Positions 1-9,848 of a stretch of 64,000 nt of DNA are shown piece after piece; the first letter of the stretch is position 1; every line of letters starts with the position of its first letter. Below the pieces are notes generated by a model. The model did not search any database. It was not told the DNA's origin and saw only the letters and a list, made by a program, of their open reading frames with translations. The stretch is from assembly GCA_963816395.1 (NCBI GenBank), contig CAWFKQ010000016.1, positions 576,001 to 640,000 of the forward strand, in the 5' to 3' direction. The DNA is from an uncultured delta proteobacterium (GTDB lineage Bacteria > Desulfobacterota > Desulfuromonadia > Desulfuromonadales > JACZKF01). Both the position numbers and the translations under genes were made by a program.

Positions 1-828
1 CAGGGCAAGGCCGTCATCATCCCGGCGGTCATCCCGTGCGGTACCTGCGAGCTGTGCACCTCCGGGCACGGCACCATCTGCCGCAGCCAGAGGATGCCGG
101 GCAACGATATTCAGGGCGGCTTCGCCACCCACATTCGCGTCCCGTCCCAGGGGCTGTGTCCGGTGGACGAAAAGCGTCTGGCTGCCGCGGGGCTGCAGCT
201 CGCCGATGTTTCGGTGGTGGCGGATGCCGTGACGACCCCCTATCAGGCGGTGACCCAGGCCGAGGTACGGCCCGGGGACCTTGCCATCGTCGTGGGCGTC
301 GGCGGCGTCGGCGGCTATGCGGTACAGATCGCCCGCGCCTTCGGGGCGACGGTGGTGGCTCTCGATGTGGATCAGGCGAAGCTCGACACCATGGCCGAGT
401 ACGGCGCCGCGCTGACCATCAATGTCCGCGAGGTCTCGGGCAAAGACCTGAAGAAGACGATCCAGAACTTCGTCAAGGAGAAGGGTCTTCCGACCACCCA
501 GTGGAAAATTTTCGAGTGTTCCGGCAGCGCGCCCGGGCAGGAAACGGCCTACGGCCTGCTCACTTTCGGCGCGACTCTTTCCGTGGTGGGATTCACCATG
601 GCCAAAATGGAACTGCGCCTGTCGAATCTGATGGCCTTCCATGCCCGCGCGCTGGGCAACTGGGGATGTCTGACCGAACTCTATCCTGCCGCGCTCGACC
701 TGGTGCTCGACGGCAAGATCGCCCTCGCTCCCTTCATCGAGCGTCATCCGCTGGCCGAGATCAATGAGGTTTTTGCCGCCGCCCATGCCCATAAGTTGAC
801 GCGGCGGGCCATCCTGGTCCCCGGTTAA
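1..828 (+). CDS. had: 6-hydroxycyclohex-1-ene-1-carbonyl-CoA dehydrogenase (Had/BamQ), 5' end outside window
   Basis: Frame open from base 1: [25 protein letters not shown] (structural Zn), [24 protein letters not shown] motif, [20 protein letters not shown] Zn-ADH; adjacent to dch. Confidence 0.92.
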   Translation, partial: QGKAVIIPAVIPCGTCELCTSGHGTICRSQRMPGNDIQGGFATHIRVPSQGLCPVDEKRLAAAGLQLADVSVVADAVTTPYQAVTQAEVRPGDLAIVVGVGGVGGYAVQIARAFGATVVALDVDQAKLDTMAEYGAALTINVREVSGKDLKKTIQNFVKEKGLPTTQWKIFECSGSAPGQETAYGLLTFGATLSVVGFTMAKMELRLSNLMAFHARALGNWGCLTELYPAALDLVLDGKIALAPFIERHPLAEINEVFAAAHAHKLTRRAILVPG

Positions 829-830
829 GA

Positions 831-950
831 GGCTGATGAAAAACGCCCATCTGCGGCGTTGCCCTCATCCCTCGTCAACGACGTACCTTTCAGGTACGCC
901 TTTTTCCTCAGGATTTCGGGCGCCTTGCATCTGGGCATTTTTGCTCAGCC
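831..950. repeat. ~120 bp non-autonomous inverted-repeat element (MITE-like/multicopy intergenic sequence)
   Basis: Imperfect terminal IR ggctgatgaaaaacgcccatctgc ... gcatctgggcatttttgctcagcc; internal hairpin cgtacct-ttc-aggtacg. Confidence 0.7.
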
Positions 951-989
951 CTGGAACTGAATTTTTGACTGAAAGGAGATGGAAGAGCA

Positions 990-1760
990 ATGAGCGATAG
1001 CCCACTCAACGTCTGGTTGGAACAGGATGGCAAGCTGCTGCGCCTGCGCCTGGCGCGTCCCAAGGCCAACATCGTCGATGCCGCCATGATCGCCGCTCTG
1101 CAGGCGGCCCTCAAGGAGAATCTGACAAAGCCGTCCCTGCGGGCGGTGCTGCTGGATGCGGAAGGTCCGCACTTCAGCTTCGGCGCCAGCGTGGAGGAGC
1201 ACCTGCCCGACTCCTGTGCCCAGATGCTCCGGCAGTTGCATGCCCTGATTCTGCAAATCCTGGAAAGTCCGGTCCCGGTCCTGGTGGCGGTGCGCGGCCA
1301 GTGCCTGGGCGGGGGACTGGAGGTCGCGGCAGCCGGCCACCTGATCTTCGCCGCCCCCGGGGCGATGCTGGGCCAGCCTGAAATCAAGCTGGCCGTCATT
1401 GCCCCGGCAGCTTCCTGCCTGTTGCCGGAACGCATCGGCAGGGCGCGCGCCGAAGACCTGCTCTTCTCGGGCCGCAGCATCGGCGCCGAAGAGGCGCAGC
1501 GGATCGGTCTGGTCAATTTTCTGGCCGAAGATCCCGAACAGGCGGCCGTCGCCTATTTCCAGGAGCATCTCGCCACCCTGAGCGCCAGCTCCCTTCGCCT
1601 CGCCGTCCGGGCGGCCGGCCTGGGTGCCGTGGAACGAATCCGGGAAAAGATCGCCGCCGTTGAGAAACTCTACCTGGAGGATTTGATGTCCACCCAGGAT
1701 GCCGTGGAAGGGCTGACGGCTTTTCTGGCCAAGCGGCCCCCCCAGTGGCAGGATCGCTGA
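990..1760 (+). CDS. dch: cyclohexa-1,5-diene-1-carbonyl-CoA hydratase (Dch/BamR)
   Basis: N-terminus SPLNVWLEQDGKLLRLRLARPKANIVDAAMIAAL and HFSFGASVEEHLP typical of Thauera-type Dch; crotonase GGGLEV/QPEIKL motifs; RBS upstream. Confidence 0.92.
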   Translation: MSDSPLNVWLEQDGKLLRLRLARPKANIVDAAMIAALQAALKENLTKPSLRAVLLDAEGPHFSFGASVEEHLPDSCAQMLRQLHALILQILESPVPVLVAVRGQCLGGGLEVAAAGHLIFAAPGAMLGQPEIKLAVIAPAASCLLPERIGRARAEDLLFSGRSIGAEEAQRIGLVNFLAEDPEQAAVAYFQEHLATLSASSLRLAVRAAGLGAVERIREKIAAVEKLYLEDLMSTQDAVEGLTAFLAKRPPQWQDR

Positions 1761-1833
1761 AGCCGCTGAATGCACCGGCGGAGCAGGAAGACCCTCTCCG
1801 CCAACCCCCACCCCCAAACCTGCCCCATGCAGA

Positions 1834-1877
1834 TTTTAATGGCCTCGTCGGGATTTCCCGGCGGGGCCATTAAAAAA
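1834..1877. terminator. intrinsic terminator-like hairpin after dch
   Basis: ttttaatggcctcgtcggga-ttt-cccggcggggccattaaaa inverted repeat flanked by T/A tracts. Confidence 0.65.
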
Positions 1878-2082
1878 TCTGAAAAAATTACAAACTTCGT
1901 TTGCTCGTTCGCATGACGAAAATCTATTTTTAATCCGGAAGCTTTTGGCGTGGCCGATTTCGGCAGGTCGGAATTTTTCTCGAAGTCTGCCAAGCCAGGG
2001 GATTTAAAGGGAATTCAGGTCGTTTGCGACCAGCGAAGACTCCTCTGGCAGCAGAACTGCGGGCGGGAAAATTCTTTTTCGC

Positions 2083-2097
2083 TTTCGCACTGCGAAA
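2083..2097. promoter_or_regulatory. perfect 15-bp palindrome, candidate IclR-family operator
   Basis: TTTCGCA-C-TGCGAAA; degenerate copy gTTCGCAtgaCGAAA at 1907-1921; upstream of TTGACA at 2127 and of the IclR gene. Confidence 0.6.
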
Positions 2098-2126
2098 ATA
2101 AATTTCAATAACAATGTTATATTTTA

Positions 2127-2156
2127 TTGACAGTTCGGTCCCCTTCTGTTTAGATA
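2127..2156 (+). promoter_or_regulatory. candidate sigma70 promoter of the IclR gene
   Basis: Perfect TTGACA at 2127-2132 in AT-rich DNA; weak -10 (ttagat/tagata) 17-18 bp downstream. Confidence 0.4.
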
Positions 2157-2267
2157 ACCATCAGGAAACAAAAGCGGATGTTCTCCGCAAAGAGAAAATT
2201 GGTATTAAGGTACCCTTTCCCTCCTTTCCCCTGATCCTGCTGCCCGAAGGGGAGGGTGGAGATCCCG

Positions 2268-3119
2268 ATGAGAGATGCAAAAGACTCCCTCGAGAGTCCA
2301 AGATATAACCAGGGCAACCTGCAGCTGGAAACCTGGTCCGATGACCACAGCCGCAAGGAGCGTCAGTTTGTCACCGCCCTGGCCCGGGGACTCGAGATAT
2401 TACGCTGCTTCGAGCCCGGTGACCGGCTGCTGGGCAACCAGGACATTGCCCGCCGCACCGGGCTGCCGCGGCCAACCATTTCCCGCCTCACGTATACCCT
2501 GACCCGGATGGGGTACCTCAACTACTCGGAGATGCTCGGCAAATACCAGCTCGGTACGGCAGTCCTGCCCCTGGGGTATTCCCTTCTCAGCAACATGGAC
2601 CTTCTGAAGACCGCCACACCGCTCATGCAGGAGCTTGCGGATTACTCCCATATGGCGGTTTCGGTAGGTACCCGCGACCGTCTGGGCATGGTCTTTCTGA
2701 AGGGCTGCCACAGCACCAACGCTACCGCCTCCCTGCCGAAGGAGGCCGGAATTCGCATTCCCATCGCCACCACGGCCATGGGCAGAGCCCTTCTTTGTGG
2801 TCTGCCCGAGAGGGAACGGGACTACCTGATGGATCATATCCGCAGGGAAAACGAGGCGGAATGGCCCCGGTACAAGGCGGGAATCGAACAGGCACTGAGG
2901 GATTATCAGGAGCGGGGGTTCTGCCTCTCGATGGGGGACTGGCGCAAGGACGTGAATGCCGTCGCGGTACCCATGCTGCCGGTGAGCGGCTCCAGACTCC
3001 TCACCTTCAACTGCGCCGCCCCCTCGTTTCTTCTGCGCCGGCATATGCTTGAGGACGATCTGGGGCCTCGCCTGGTGCATCTGGTGCGGACCCTCGAGAC
3101 GGAAGCTGCCCGCCATTGA
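2268..3119 (+). CDS. IclR family transcriptional regulator
   Basis: FVTALARGLEILRCF...IARRTGLPRPTISRLTYTL HTH; C-terminal TAMGRALL and VNAVAVP effector domain; start may be 2256. Confidence 0.93.
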   Translation: MRDAKDSLESPRYNQGNLQLETWSDDHSRKERQFVTALARGLEILRCFEPGDRLLGNQDIARRTGLPRPTISRLTYTLTRMGYLNYSEMLGKYQLGTAVLPLGYSLLSNMDLLKTATPLMQELADYSHMAVSVGTRDRLGMVFLKGCHSTNATASLPKEAGIRIPIATTAMGRALLCGLPERERDYLMDHIRRENEAEWPRYKAGIEQALRDYQERGFCLSMGDWRKDVNAVAVPMLPVSGSRLLTFNCAAPSFLLRRHMLEDDLGPRLVHLVRTLETEAARH

Positions 3120-3264
3120 AGTTTCTTGAGCCCACGGGAATGCGGGAAGTCCTGAAAAAAGGGCAAGGAAGCAAGACAGATGTTATGATCCGCCCTGTCG
3201 GCTGCCCCTGTTAGCCGATCCGGCACGCCATCCCCGTTCTCTGAACTGCAAGGAGGAGAGTGAT

Positions 3265-3765
3265 ATGCGGAATAAGACCTTCAACGTCATCGATAAAACA
3301 TTCGGTTTCTTCGAGGACTGGTCGCTTTTTCTCACGGTTTTCTTCGCCCTGTGCGTAGCGGTCGTCAACATAGCCCTGCGCAAGACCACCACGGTCAACC
3401 TGTACTGGTCGGACGAGGTGGTGCGGAAGGTGATCTTCTTCTCCACCTATATCGGCGTCAGCGCCGCCATCCGCAACCGGAGCCTGATTCGCATCGACGC
3501 CCTGCCGCAGCTTTTCCCCAAGCTGAAAAAGCCCCTCACGGTCATAAACCACCTTTCGATGATCGGTTTCGGGGCGATGATGGTCTGGCTTGGGCTGCAG
3601 ATGACCCATCAAGTCTATCTGGACCAGTTTGCCAAGACGACGACTCTACAGATTCCCGAATGGTATTTCTATGCGGTTCTGCCGCTCCTTGGGGTGATGA
3701 GCTTCTTCCGCTCGATTATGGTCATGGTCGAAGACTGGCGGGGGATGAGCGGCGACGGTTCGTGA
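3265..3765 (+). CDS. dctQ: TRAP transporter small permease
   Basis: 166 aa, four hydrophobic segments, WSDEVVR and IRIDAL motifs, upstream of dctM. Confidence 0.88.
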   Translation: MRNKTFNVIDKTFGFFEDWSLFLTVFFALCVAVVNIALRKTTTVNLYWSDEVVRKVIFFSTYIGVSAAIRNRSLIRIDALPQLFPKLKKPLTVINHLSMIGFGAMMVWLGLQMTHQVYLDQFAKTTTLQIPEWYFYAVLPLLGVMSFFRSIMVMVEDWRGMSGDGS

Positions 3766-3826
3766 TCCTCTCGGCCGGCGGCAGGGGAGCGGTAACGACA
3801 ACAGGACAAACGGGAGCGAGTAGCTA

Positions 3827-5119
3827 ATGGATTATGCATATCTGATATTTCTCATGCTCTTGGGCATGCTTTTTTCCTCCATACCGGTCTTCCTGTGTCT
3901 GCTGCTCGCCGGCATGCTCGGGCTGGTTTTCGCCGCCGGCATCGATCCGCAGATCGTCATCGAGGTCATGTACCGGAGCATGGACAAGTTCGCCCTGGTC
4001 GTGATCCTGTTCTTCATTCTCACCGGCAACATCATGACCACCGGCAGCATCGTCCAGAAACTGGTCAAGACCGCCAATATCCTGGTCGGCTGGCTGCCGG
4101 GCGGGTTGGCGATGGCCGGCATCGTGGCCTGCGGCCTGTTCGGCGCCATCTCCGGTTCCACGGTCGCCACAGTGGTCGCCATCGGCGGCTTCATGATCCC
4201 CGCCCTGATCAAAGAGGGGTACGATGAAGAATTCAGTATCGGGGTCATGACCAGCGCCCCGATTCTCGGGATCATCATCCCTCCCTCCATCAGCATGATC
4301 CTGTACGCCATGGTCTCCAACGATTCCATAGAGGCCCTGTTTCTTACCGGTTTCATCCCCGGGATCCTGATCATTGTCGCCATGTCCGTCTATGCCTACT
4401 TCTTCTGCCGTGGGCGGCAAATGGAGGTCAGGCCGCGCCCGAGCCTGCGAGAGATCGCAGCGGTCATGAAAGAGAGCATCTGGGCGCTGCTGCTGCCGGT
4501 GCTGATCTTCGGCGGCATCTACTCGGGAGTCTTCACCGCCAATGAGGCGGCGGTGGTCTCCTGCTTCTATGCCTTTCTCGTCGAGATCGTCATTCACCGG
4601 GACATGAAGATCCGCGACGTCAAAAAGGTGGTGGTGGCCTCGGCCGTGACCTCAGCCACCCTGCTGGTGATCGTGGCCGGTGCCTCGGTGTTCGGCGAAT
4701 ATCTCACCTTCGCGCAGGTCCCCACAAGGCTCGCCGATGCCGTCGTCTCGACCATCAACAACAAGTATCTGTTCCTGCTGGCGGTAAACATTTTTCTGCT
4801 GTTCGTCGGCATGTTCATGGACATCATTTCGGCGACTCTGCTCCTGACCCCCATCTTTCTGCCGCTGCTGCACAAATTCGGCATCGACACCATGCATTTC
4901 GGGCTGCTGATGACGATCAACCTCGGCATCGGCTACTGTACCCCGCCGCTGGGGGTCAGCCTCTATATCTCGGGATCGCTGACCGACCGGAATCTGATCT
5001 ACGTATCCAAGACGGTGCTGCCGTTCCTGGCGATCCAGATCCTGCTGCTCGGTCTTTTCACCTACTGGCCCGATCTGGTCCTGCTGCTTCCCAAGCTGAT
5101 TTACCACTACAAAGGTTAG
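3827..5119 (+). CDS. dctM: TRAP transporter large permease
   Basis: 430 aa multi-TM; GAISGSTVAT, IIIPPSI and TPPLGVSLY motifs. Confidence 0.95.
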   Translation: MDYAYLIFLMLLGMLFSSIPVFLCLLLAGMLGLVFAAGIDPQIVIEVMYRSMDKFALVVILFFILTGNIMTTGSIVQKLVKTANILVGWLPGGLAMAGIVACGLFGAISGSTVATVVAIGGFMIPALIKEGYDEEFSIGVMTSAPILGIIIPPSISMILYAMVSNDSIEALFLTGFIPGILIIVAMSVYAYFFCRGRQMEVRPRPSLREIAAVMKESIWALLLPVLIFGGIYSGVFTANEAAVVSCFYAFLVEIVIHRDMKIRDVKKVVVASAVTSATLLVIVAGASVFGEYLTFAQVPTRLADAVVSTINNKYLFLLAVNIFLLFVGMFMDIISATLLLTPIFLPLLHKFGIDTMHFGLLMTINLGIGYCTPPLGVSLYISGSLTDRNLIYVSKTVLPFLAIQILLLGLFTYWPDLVLLLPKLIYHYKG

Positions 5120-5143
5120 AATCCTGGAACAGGAGAAAAAATC

Positions 5144-5572
5144 ATGACCGGAATGAAAATACTGGTTCCCGTTGACCATTCCAAGAATTCGCTCAAGACG
5201 ATCAACAAACTGCTTGCCATGCAGGGCAAATTCTCTTCCCCGCTGACCCTCCTGCACGTGTTCGACCCCGACGCGATCTCCTACAAGGGAGTTTCGGTCA
5301 TCAATTTCCAGGCGGTCAGGGAACAGGGGCTGAAGGCTGCCGAAGAGTTTCTTGAGGAACAAAAAGCCGTGTTCGCCAAGGCGGGTATGGCAACGGACAC
5401 TTTGCTGAAGGAGGGGCCGGCGCGCAAGATTATCTGCGATCTCGCCAACAGCGGTGATTATGACCTGCTGGTCATCGGCCGGCATGCCGAGGGGGAATTC
5501 CGCAACCTGCTGTTCGGATATGTCTCCAATTATGTGATCCACAAGGCCAAATGCCCGGTAATCGTGCTCTAG
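5144..5572 (+). CDS. universal stress protein (UspA family; TRAP-associated, TeaD-like position)
   Basis: KILVPVDHS, DLLVIGRH...LLFGYVSNYVIHKAKCPVIV. Confidence 0.9.
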   Translation: MTGMKILVPVDHSKNSLKTINKLLAMQGKFSSPLTLLHVFDPDAISYKGVSVINFQAVREQGLKAAEEFLEEQKAVFAKAGMATDTLLKEGPARKIICDLANSGDYDLLVIGRHAEGEFRNLLFGYVSNYVIHKAKCPVIVL

Positions 5573-5656
5573 GGCCTGAGATAAAACCGGATAACTGCGG
5601 ATGGATAGTAAGGTTGGACCATCAAAGGAAAGGGAAATTTTTGAGTGAGGGCGTGC

Positions 5657-6460
5657 ATGTCTGAAACGGTTTTTGTCGGCCTCGACCTGGGGGCTTCGCG
5701 AACCAAGGTCGCCGTCATCGACCCCGCCGGAAGGCTGGTCGGCCACGCGGTCAGGAAATCGGGAACCGATTTTGCGGCCACCGCCGCGGCCTGCCTGGAC
5801 ACCGCGCTGGCGATGGCCGGGGCGGCCCGCGAGGCCATCGCGCACGCCGTCTCCACCGGCTACGGGCGGGCCAATGTCCCGTTCGTCACCGAGGAGAGCA
5901 AGACGGAAATCGGCTGCCTGGCCAAGGGCTGTCACCACTATTTCCCCGAGGCGATCACCATTATCGATATCGGCGGCCAGGACAACAAGATCATCAAGGT
6001 CGACCCGGCCGGGCGCCGCACCAGCTTCAAGATGAACCGCAAGTGCGCGGCCGGAACCGGCGCCTTTCTCGAGGAGATGTCGGCCCGCTTCGATATCGCC
6101 TTGGAAGAGATGGACGATCTGGCGCGCCAGTCCGAAACCATGGTCAAGCTCGGCAGTTACTGCACGGTCTTTTCCGCCACCGAGGTCCTGGAAAATATCC
6201 GCCACGGCAGAACGGTCAGCGAAATCGTCAAGGGGATCTTCTACTCGGTGATCAAAAGGGTGCTGGAGATGGATTCTTTGAGCGAAACGGTGGTCATGAC
6301 CGGCGGGGTAGTGGCGAACAATCCCTACATCGTCGAAATGGCCGAGGAGATGATCGGCCGGCCGGTCAGGCTCCCCGAGTTTCCGCAACTGGCCGGAGCC
6401 ATCGGCGCCGCCCTCTACGCCCTGGAGGAAAAGAGCCAGAACGTCGCAACGAACAGGTGA
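5657..6460 (+). CDS. acyl-CoA dehydratase/reductase activator ATPase (HgdC/BcrA-D/BadF family)
   Basis: GLDLGASRTK, STGYGR, IDIGGQDNK, MNRKCAAGTGAFLE, SYCTVFSATE (both Fe-S Cys). Confidence 0.93.
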   Translation: MSETVFVGLDLGASRTKVAVIDPAGRLVGHAVRKSGTDFAATAAACLDTALAMAGAAREAIAHAVSTGYGRANVPFVTEESKTEIGCLAKGCHHYFPEAITIIDIGGQDNKIIKVDPAGRRTSFKMNRKCAAGTGAFLEEMSARFDIALEEMDDLARQSETMVKLGSYCTVFSATEVLENIRHGRTVSEIVKGIFYSVIKRVLEMDSLSETVVMTGGVVANNPYIVEMAEEMIGRPVRLPEFPQLAGAIGAALYALEEKSQNVATNR

Positions 6461-6483
6461 TTTATATCAGCAAGGAGATAGTC

Positions 6484-7731
6484 ATGGCCGAAGAGAAAAA
6501 AAAGGTGAGAAAGAAGATACTGGCCACCGACCAGATGAATAAGATCATGGCCGAATATTTCTACGGCCTGAACGAGGCGGCGACCACCGGCCGGCAGAAG
6601 GTCGCCTGGTGCACCAGCGTCGGCCCGGCGGAGCTGCTCAGGGCGATGGGTTTCGCCGTTCATTTTCCGGAAAACCATGCCGCCATGCTCGGCGCCACCC
6701 GCATGTCCACCGACCTGATTCCGGAAGCGAACGCCATCGGCTATTCACCGGATATCTGCTCTTACCTGACCGCCGACATCGGCTCCTTCCTGAAAGGGAA
6801 CACTCCCCTGGCCAAAGCCTATCCGGGTATCGACGCGGTGCCCCGGCCCGACGTGCTGGTCTACAACACCAACCAGTGCCGCGACGTGCAGGACTGGTTC
6901 GCCTGGTACGCCAAGGAGCTGGGCGTACCCGCCATCGGCGTCACCTCCCCCAAGAACATCAATGAGGTGACCGATTCCCACATCGATGATGTGACCCGGC
7001 AGATCGAGGCCCTGGTGCCGACCCTGGAGCAGATCGCCGGGGTCCGCCTCGACCCGGACCGGCTGCGGGAGACGGTTTCTCTCTCCCGGGAATGCACCGA
7101 GTTGTGGAAGCGGGTCCTGGAGACGGCGATGGCCGTCCCGGCGCCGCTGACCTTCTTCGACGGCACCATCCACATGGGACCGGCCGTCGTCCTGCGGGGG
7201 ACCCGGGAGGCCATCGACTATTATCAGGTCCTGCTCGCCGAGCTCGAGCAGCGGATCGCCGACGGGGTAGGGGCGGTGGAGGAGGAGAGCTTCCGCATCT
7301 ACTGGGACGGGATGCCCGTGTGGGGGCGGCTCCGGCAACATTCCGAGCTGTTCTCCGATCTCAAGGCCAACGTGCTGGCCTCCACCTACTGCAGCAGCTG
7401 GATCTTCCCCGCCTTCGACGGCAAGGATCCCTTCCGCAGCATGGCCAAGGCCTACCTGGAGCTCTTCATCGTCCGCTCCGACCAGTACAAGGAGAACTAC
7501 ATCAAGACGATGCTGGAGAAGTTCCGTATCGACGGCGTCATCTATCATGACGCCAAGACCTGTCCCTACAACTCGAACAGCCGCTATGGCCTGCCCCAGC
7601 GGCTGGAGGCCGCAACCGGCATCCCCGCCCTGGTCATCTCCGGCGATCTCAACGACCTGCGCTGCATCTCCGACGAGCAGACCAAGACCAACGTAGAGGC
7701 CTTCATCGAACAGCTTGAGGAGGGAAGATAA
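6484..7731 (+). CDS. 2-hydroxyacyl-CoA dehydratase / class I aryl-CoA reductase family Fe-S subunit (alpha-like)
   Basis: AWCTSVGPAELL, FPENHAA, GYSPDICSY, NQCRDV, DGVIYHDAKTC, KTNVEAFIEQL; aggag RBS before ATG 6484. Confidence 0.87.
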   Translation: MAEEKKKVRKKILATDQMNKIMAEYFYGLNEAATTGRQKVAWCTSVGPAELLRAMGFAVHFPENHAAMLGATRMSTDLIPEANAIGYSPDICSYLTADIGSFLKGNTPLAKAYPGIDAVPRPDVLVYNTNQCRDVQDWFAWYAKELGVPAIGVTSPKNINEVTDSHIDDVTRQIEALVPTLEQIAGVRLDPDRLRETVSLSRECTELWKRVLETAMAVPAPLTFFDGTIHMGPAVVLRGTREAIDYYQVLLAELEQRIADGVGAVEEESFRIYWDGMPVWGRLRQHSELFSDLKANVLASTYCSSWIFPAFDGKDPFRSMAKAYLELFIVRSDQYKENYIKTMLEKFRIDGVIYHDAKTCPYNSNSRYGLPQRLEAATGIPALVISGDLNDLRCISDEQTKTNVEAFIEQLEEGR

Positions 7732-7732
7732 G

Positions 7733-9820
7733 ATGCTGGATGCACTTTTCAAACCCAAAGCGGTGGCGATCATTGGCGCTTCCACCAAGGAACTGTCCAT
7801 CGGCAATGTCATCACCAGAAACCTGCAGACCTACGGCTACAAGGGGCAGATCTATCCCATCAACCCCAATGTCCCGGAGATCCGCGGCATCAAGGCCTAC
7901 AAGTCGCTGGCCGAGGTTCCCGGCGAGGTCGACCTGGCGCACATCATCATCCCCAGTAGTTTCGTTCCCCAGACCATCGAGGAATGCGGCAAAAAGGGGA
8001 TCAAGGCCGTCATCATCAATTCCGCCGGCTTCAGTGAGATGGGCGAGGAGGGTGCCAAACTGCAGGAGGAGTTTCTCGCCAACGCCAAGAAGTACGGCGT
8101 GCGGGTTTTCGGTCCCAACTGCCAGGGGATCATCAACTCCGATCCGGAGCTGAAGGCCTACTGCAATTTCACCTTCACCTACCCGGATCCCGGCGCCATC
8201 TCCGTGGTCGCCCTGAGCGGCGGGGTCGGCGCCCTGATCATGCAGGCGCTCGCCGACCTCGGCATCGGCCAGCGGCTCTACGCCTCCAACGGCAACGCCT
8301 GCGACATCTCCATCCCCGAAATCGTCCGCTATTACGGCCAGGATGCGGGGACCAAGGCGATCATCCTCTATACCGAGGGGTTCTCCGATCCGCTGGAGTT
8401 CCTCGAGGTGGCCAGGGAGGTGGTCGCCAAAAAACCGATCCTGGCCATGAAGGCCGGGCGGACCGAGCAGGGGGCCAAGGCGGCCTCTTCCCACACCGGT
8501 TCCCTGGCCGGGGTCGACATCGCCACCGAACTGATCTTCGAGAAGACCGGCATTCTCTCCTTCACCGACGAGGGGGAGATGGTGCGCGCCGCCATGGCCT
8601 TCTCCAGCCAGCCGATCCCCGCCGGCAACCGGGTCGGGATCATCACCAACACCGGCGGCCCGGCGGTCATCGCCACCGACGTCCTGGTCTCCTGCGACCT
8701 CGACGTGCCGAAGCTCTCGGAGCATTCGGTCGACAAGCTGAAGGAAACCCAATTGCCCCAAGCCGCCCTGGAGAACCCCATCGACGTAGTGGCCACCGCC
8801 GGCGGCCCGCATTTCCGCGGCGCCCTGGACGTGCTCATCGAGGAAGAGGGGATCGACAGCATCTTCATCAATTTCGTCACCGCCCCCTTCACCGACACCC
8901 ACGCCGTCGCCCGGGAAATCGTCGCGGTCAGCCAGCTGGCGAAGAAACCGATCGTCTGCAATTTCATGACCGATCTCAGCCAGGAGCGCTTTCAGATCAC
9001 CCGGGACATTCTCAAGGAAGGCGGCGTCCCCTGCTACGCCAATCCCAGCGATGCCGCCAAGGCCCTGGGCGCCCTCACCCGTTACGGCCGGCTCCAGCGG
9101 CGCGATATCGGCCAGCCGGAGAGCTTTGCCGGGGTCGACGCCGCCCGCGCCCGGTCGATCATCGAGCAGGCGCAGCAGGCCGGCCGCAGCGTCCTCTCCG
9201 CCACCGAGGTCTACTCGATCTTCTCGGCCTACGGCATCCCCGTCGCCCCCTGGCGGATCGCGGCGGACGCCGCCGGGGCGGTGGAGGCGGCGGAAGCGAT
9301 CGGCTATCCGGTGGTGGTGAAGGTCGACTGCGAGGAGATCGACCACAAGAGCGATATGGGCGGGGTAGCGATCAACCTCAAGGATGCTGCCGCCGTCCGT
9401 GCCGCGGTGGAGGATATGCAGAAGCGCCTGGGAAGATTCGGCAGGCTGCGTTTCTTTATCCAGAAGTTCCTCCCCGGCGGCCGCGAGCTGATCATCGGCG
9501 CCTCCGCCGAAAGGGGGCTGGGGCACCTGGTGATGTTCGGCCTCGGCGGCATCTATGTTGAGGTCCTCAAGGACGTGGTGTTCAAGATCGCCCCGGTCAC
9601 CCGCCTGGAGGCGCGGGAGATGCTCGCCTCCATCAAGACTTCGGCGCTGCTCGACGGGGTGCGGGGTGAGGCGGGGATCGACAAGGAGAAGGTGGTCAAC
9701 CTCATCCAGCGCCTCTCGCAGCTGCTGACCGATCTGCCGATGATCCAGGAGATGGACCTGAACCCGATCATGGCCTTTGCCGATGCCGTCTTCGCCGTCG
9801 ACGGAAGAATCCGAATTTAA
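7733..9820 (+). CDS. acyl-CoA synthetase (NDP/ADP-forming), fused alpha-beta
   Basis: LFKPKAVAIIGAS, GPNCQG, ASSHTGSLAG phospho-His motif, C-terminal ATP-grasp (HKSDMGGV, EMDLNP). Confidence 0.92.
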   Translation: MLDALFKPKAVAIIGASTKELSIGNVITRNLQTYGYKGQIYPINPNVPEIRGIKAYKSLAEVPGEVDLAHIIIPSSFVPQTIEECGKKGIKAVIINSAGFSEMGEEGAKLQEEFLANAKKYGVRVFGPNCQGIINSDPELKAYCNFTFTYPDPGAISVVALSGGVGALIMQALADLGIGQRLYASNGNACDISIPEIVRYYGQDAGTKAIILYTEGFSDPLEFLEVAREVVAKKPILAMKAGRTEQGAKAASSHTGSLAGVDIATELIFEKTGILSFTDEGEMVRAAMAFSSQPIPAGNRVGIITNTGGPAVIATDVLVSCDLDVPKLSEHSVDKLKETQLPQAALENPIDVVATAGGPHFRGALDVLIEEEGIDSIFINFVTAPFTDTHAVAREIVAVSQLAKKPIVCNFMTDLSQERFQITRDILKEGGVPCYANPSDAAKALGALTRYGRLQRRDIGQPESFAGVDAARARSIIEQAQQAGRSVLSATEVYSIFSAYGIPVAPWRIAADAAGAVEAAEAIGYPVVVKVDCEEIDHKSDMGGVAINLKDAAAVRAAVEDMQKRLGRFGRLRFFIQKFLPGGRELIIGASAERGLGHLVMFGLGGIYVEVLKDVVFKIAPVTRLEAREMLASIKTSALLDGVRGEAGIDKEKVVNLIQRLSQLLTDLPMIQEMDLNPIMAFADAVFAVDGRIRI

Positions 9821-9848
9821 TCTAAGGTTTTAACGCATCAACCTACAA

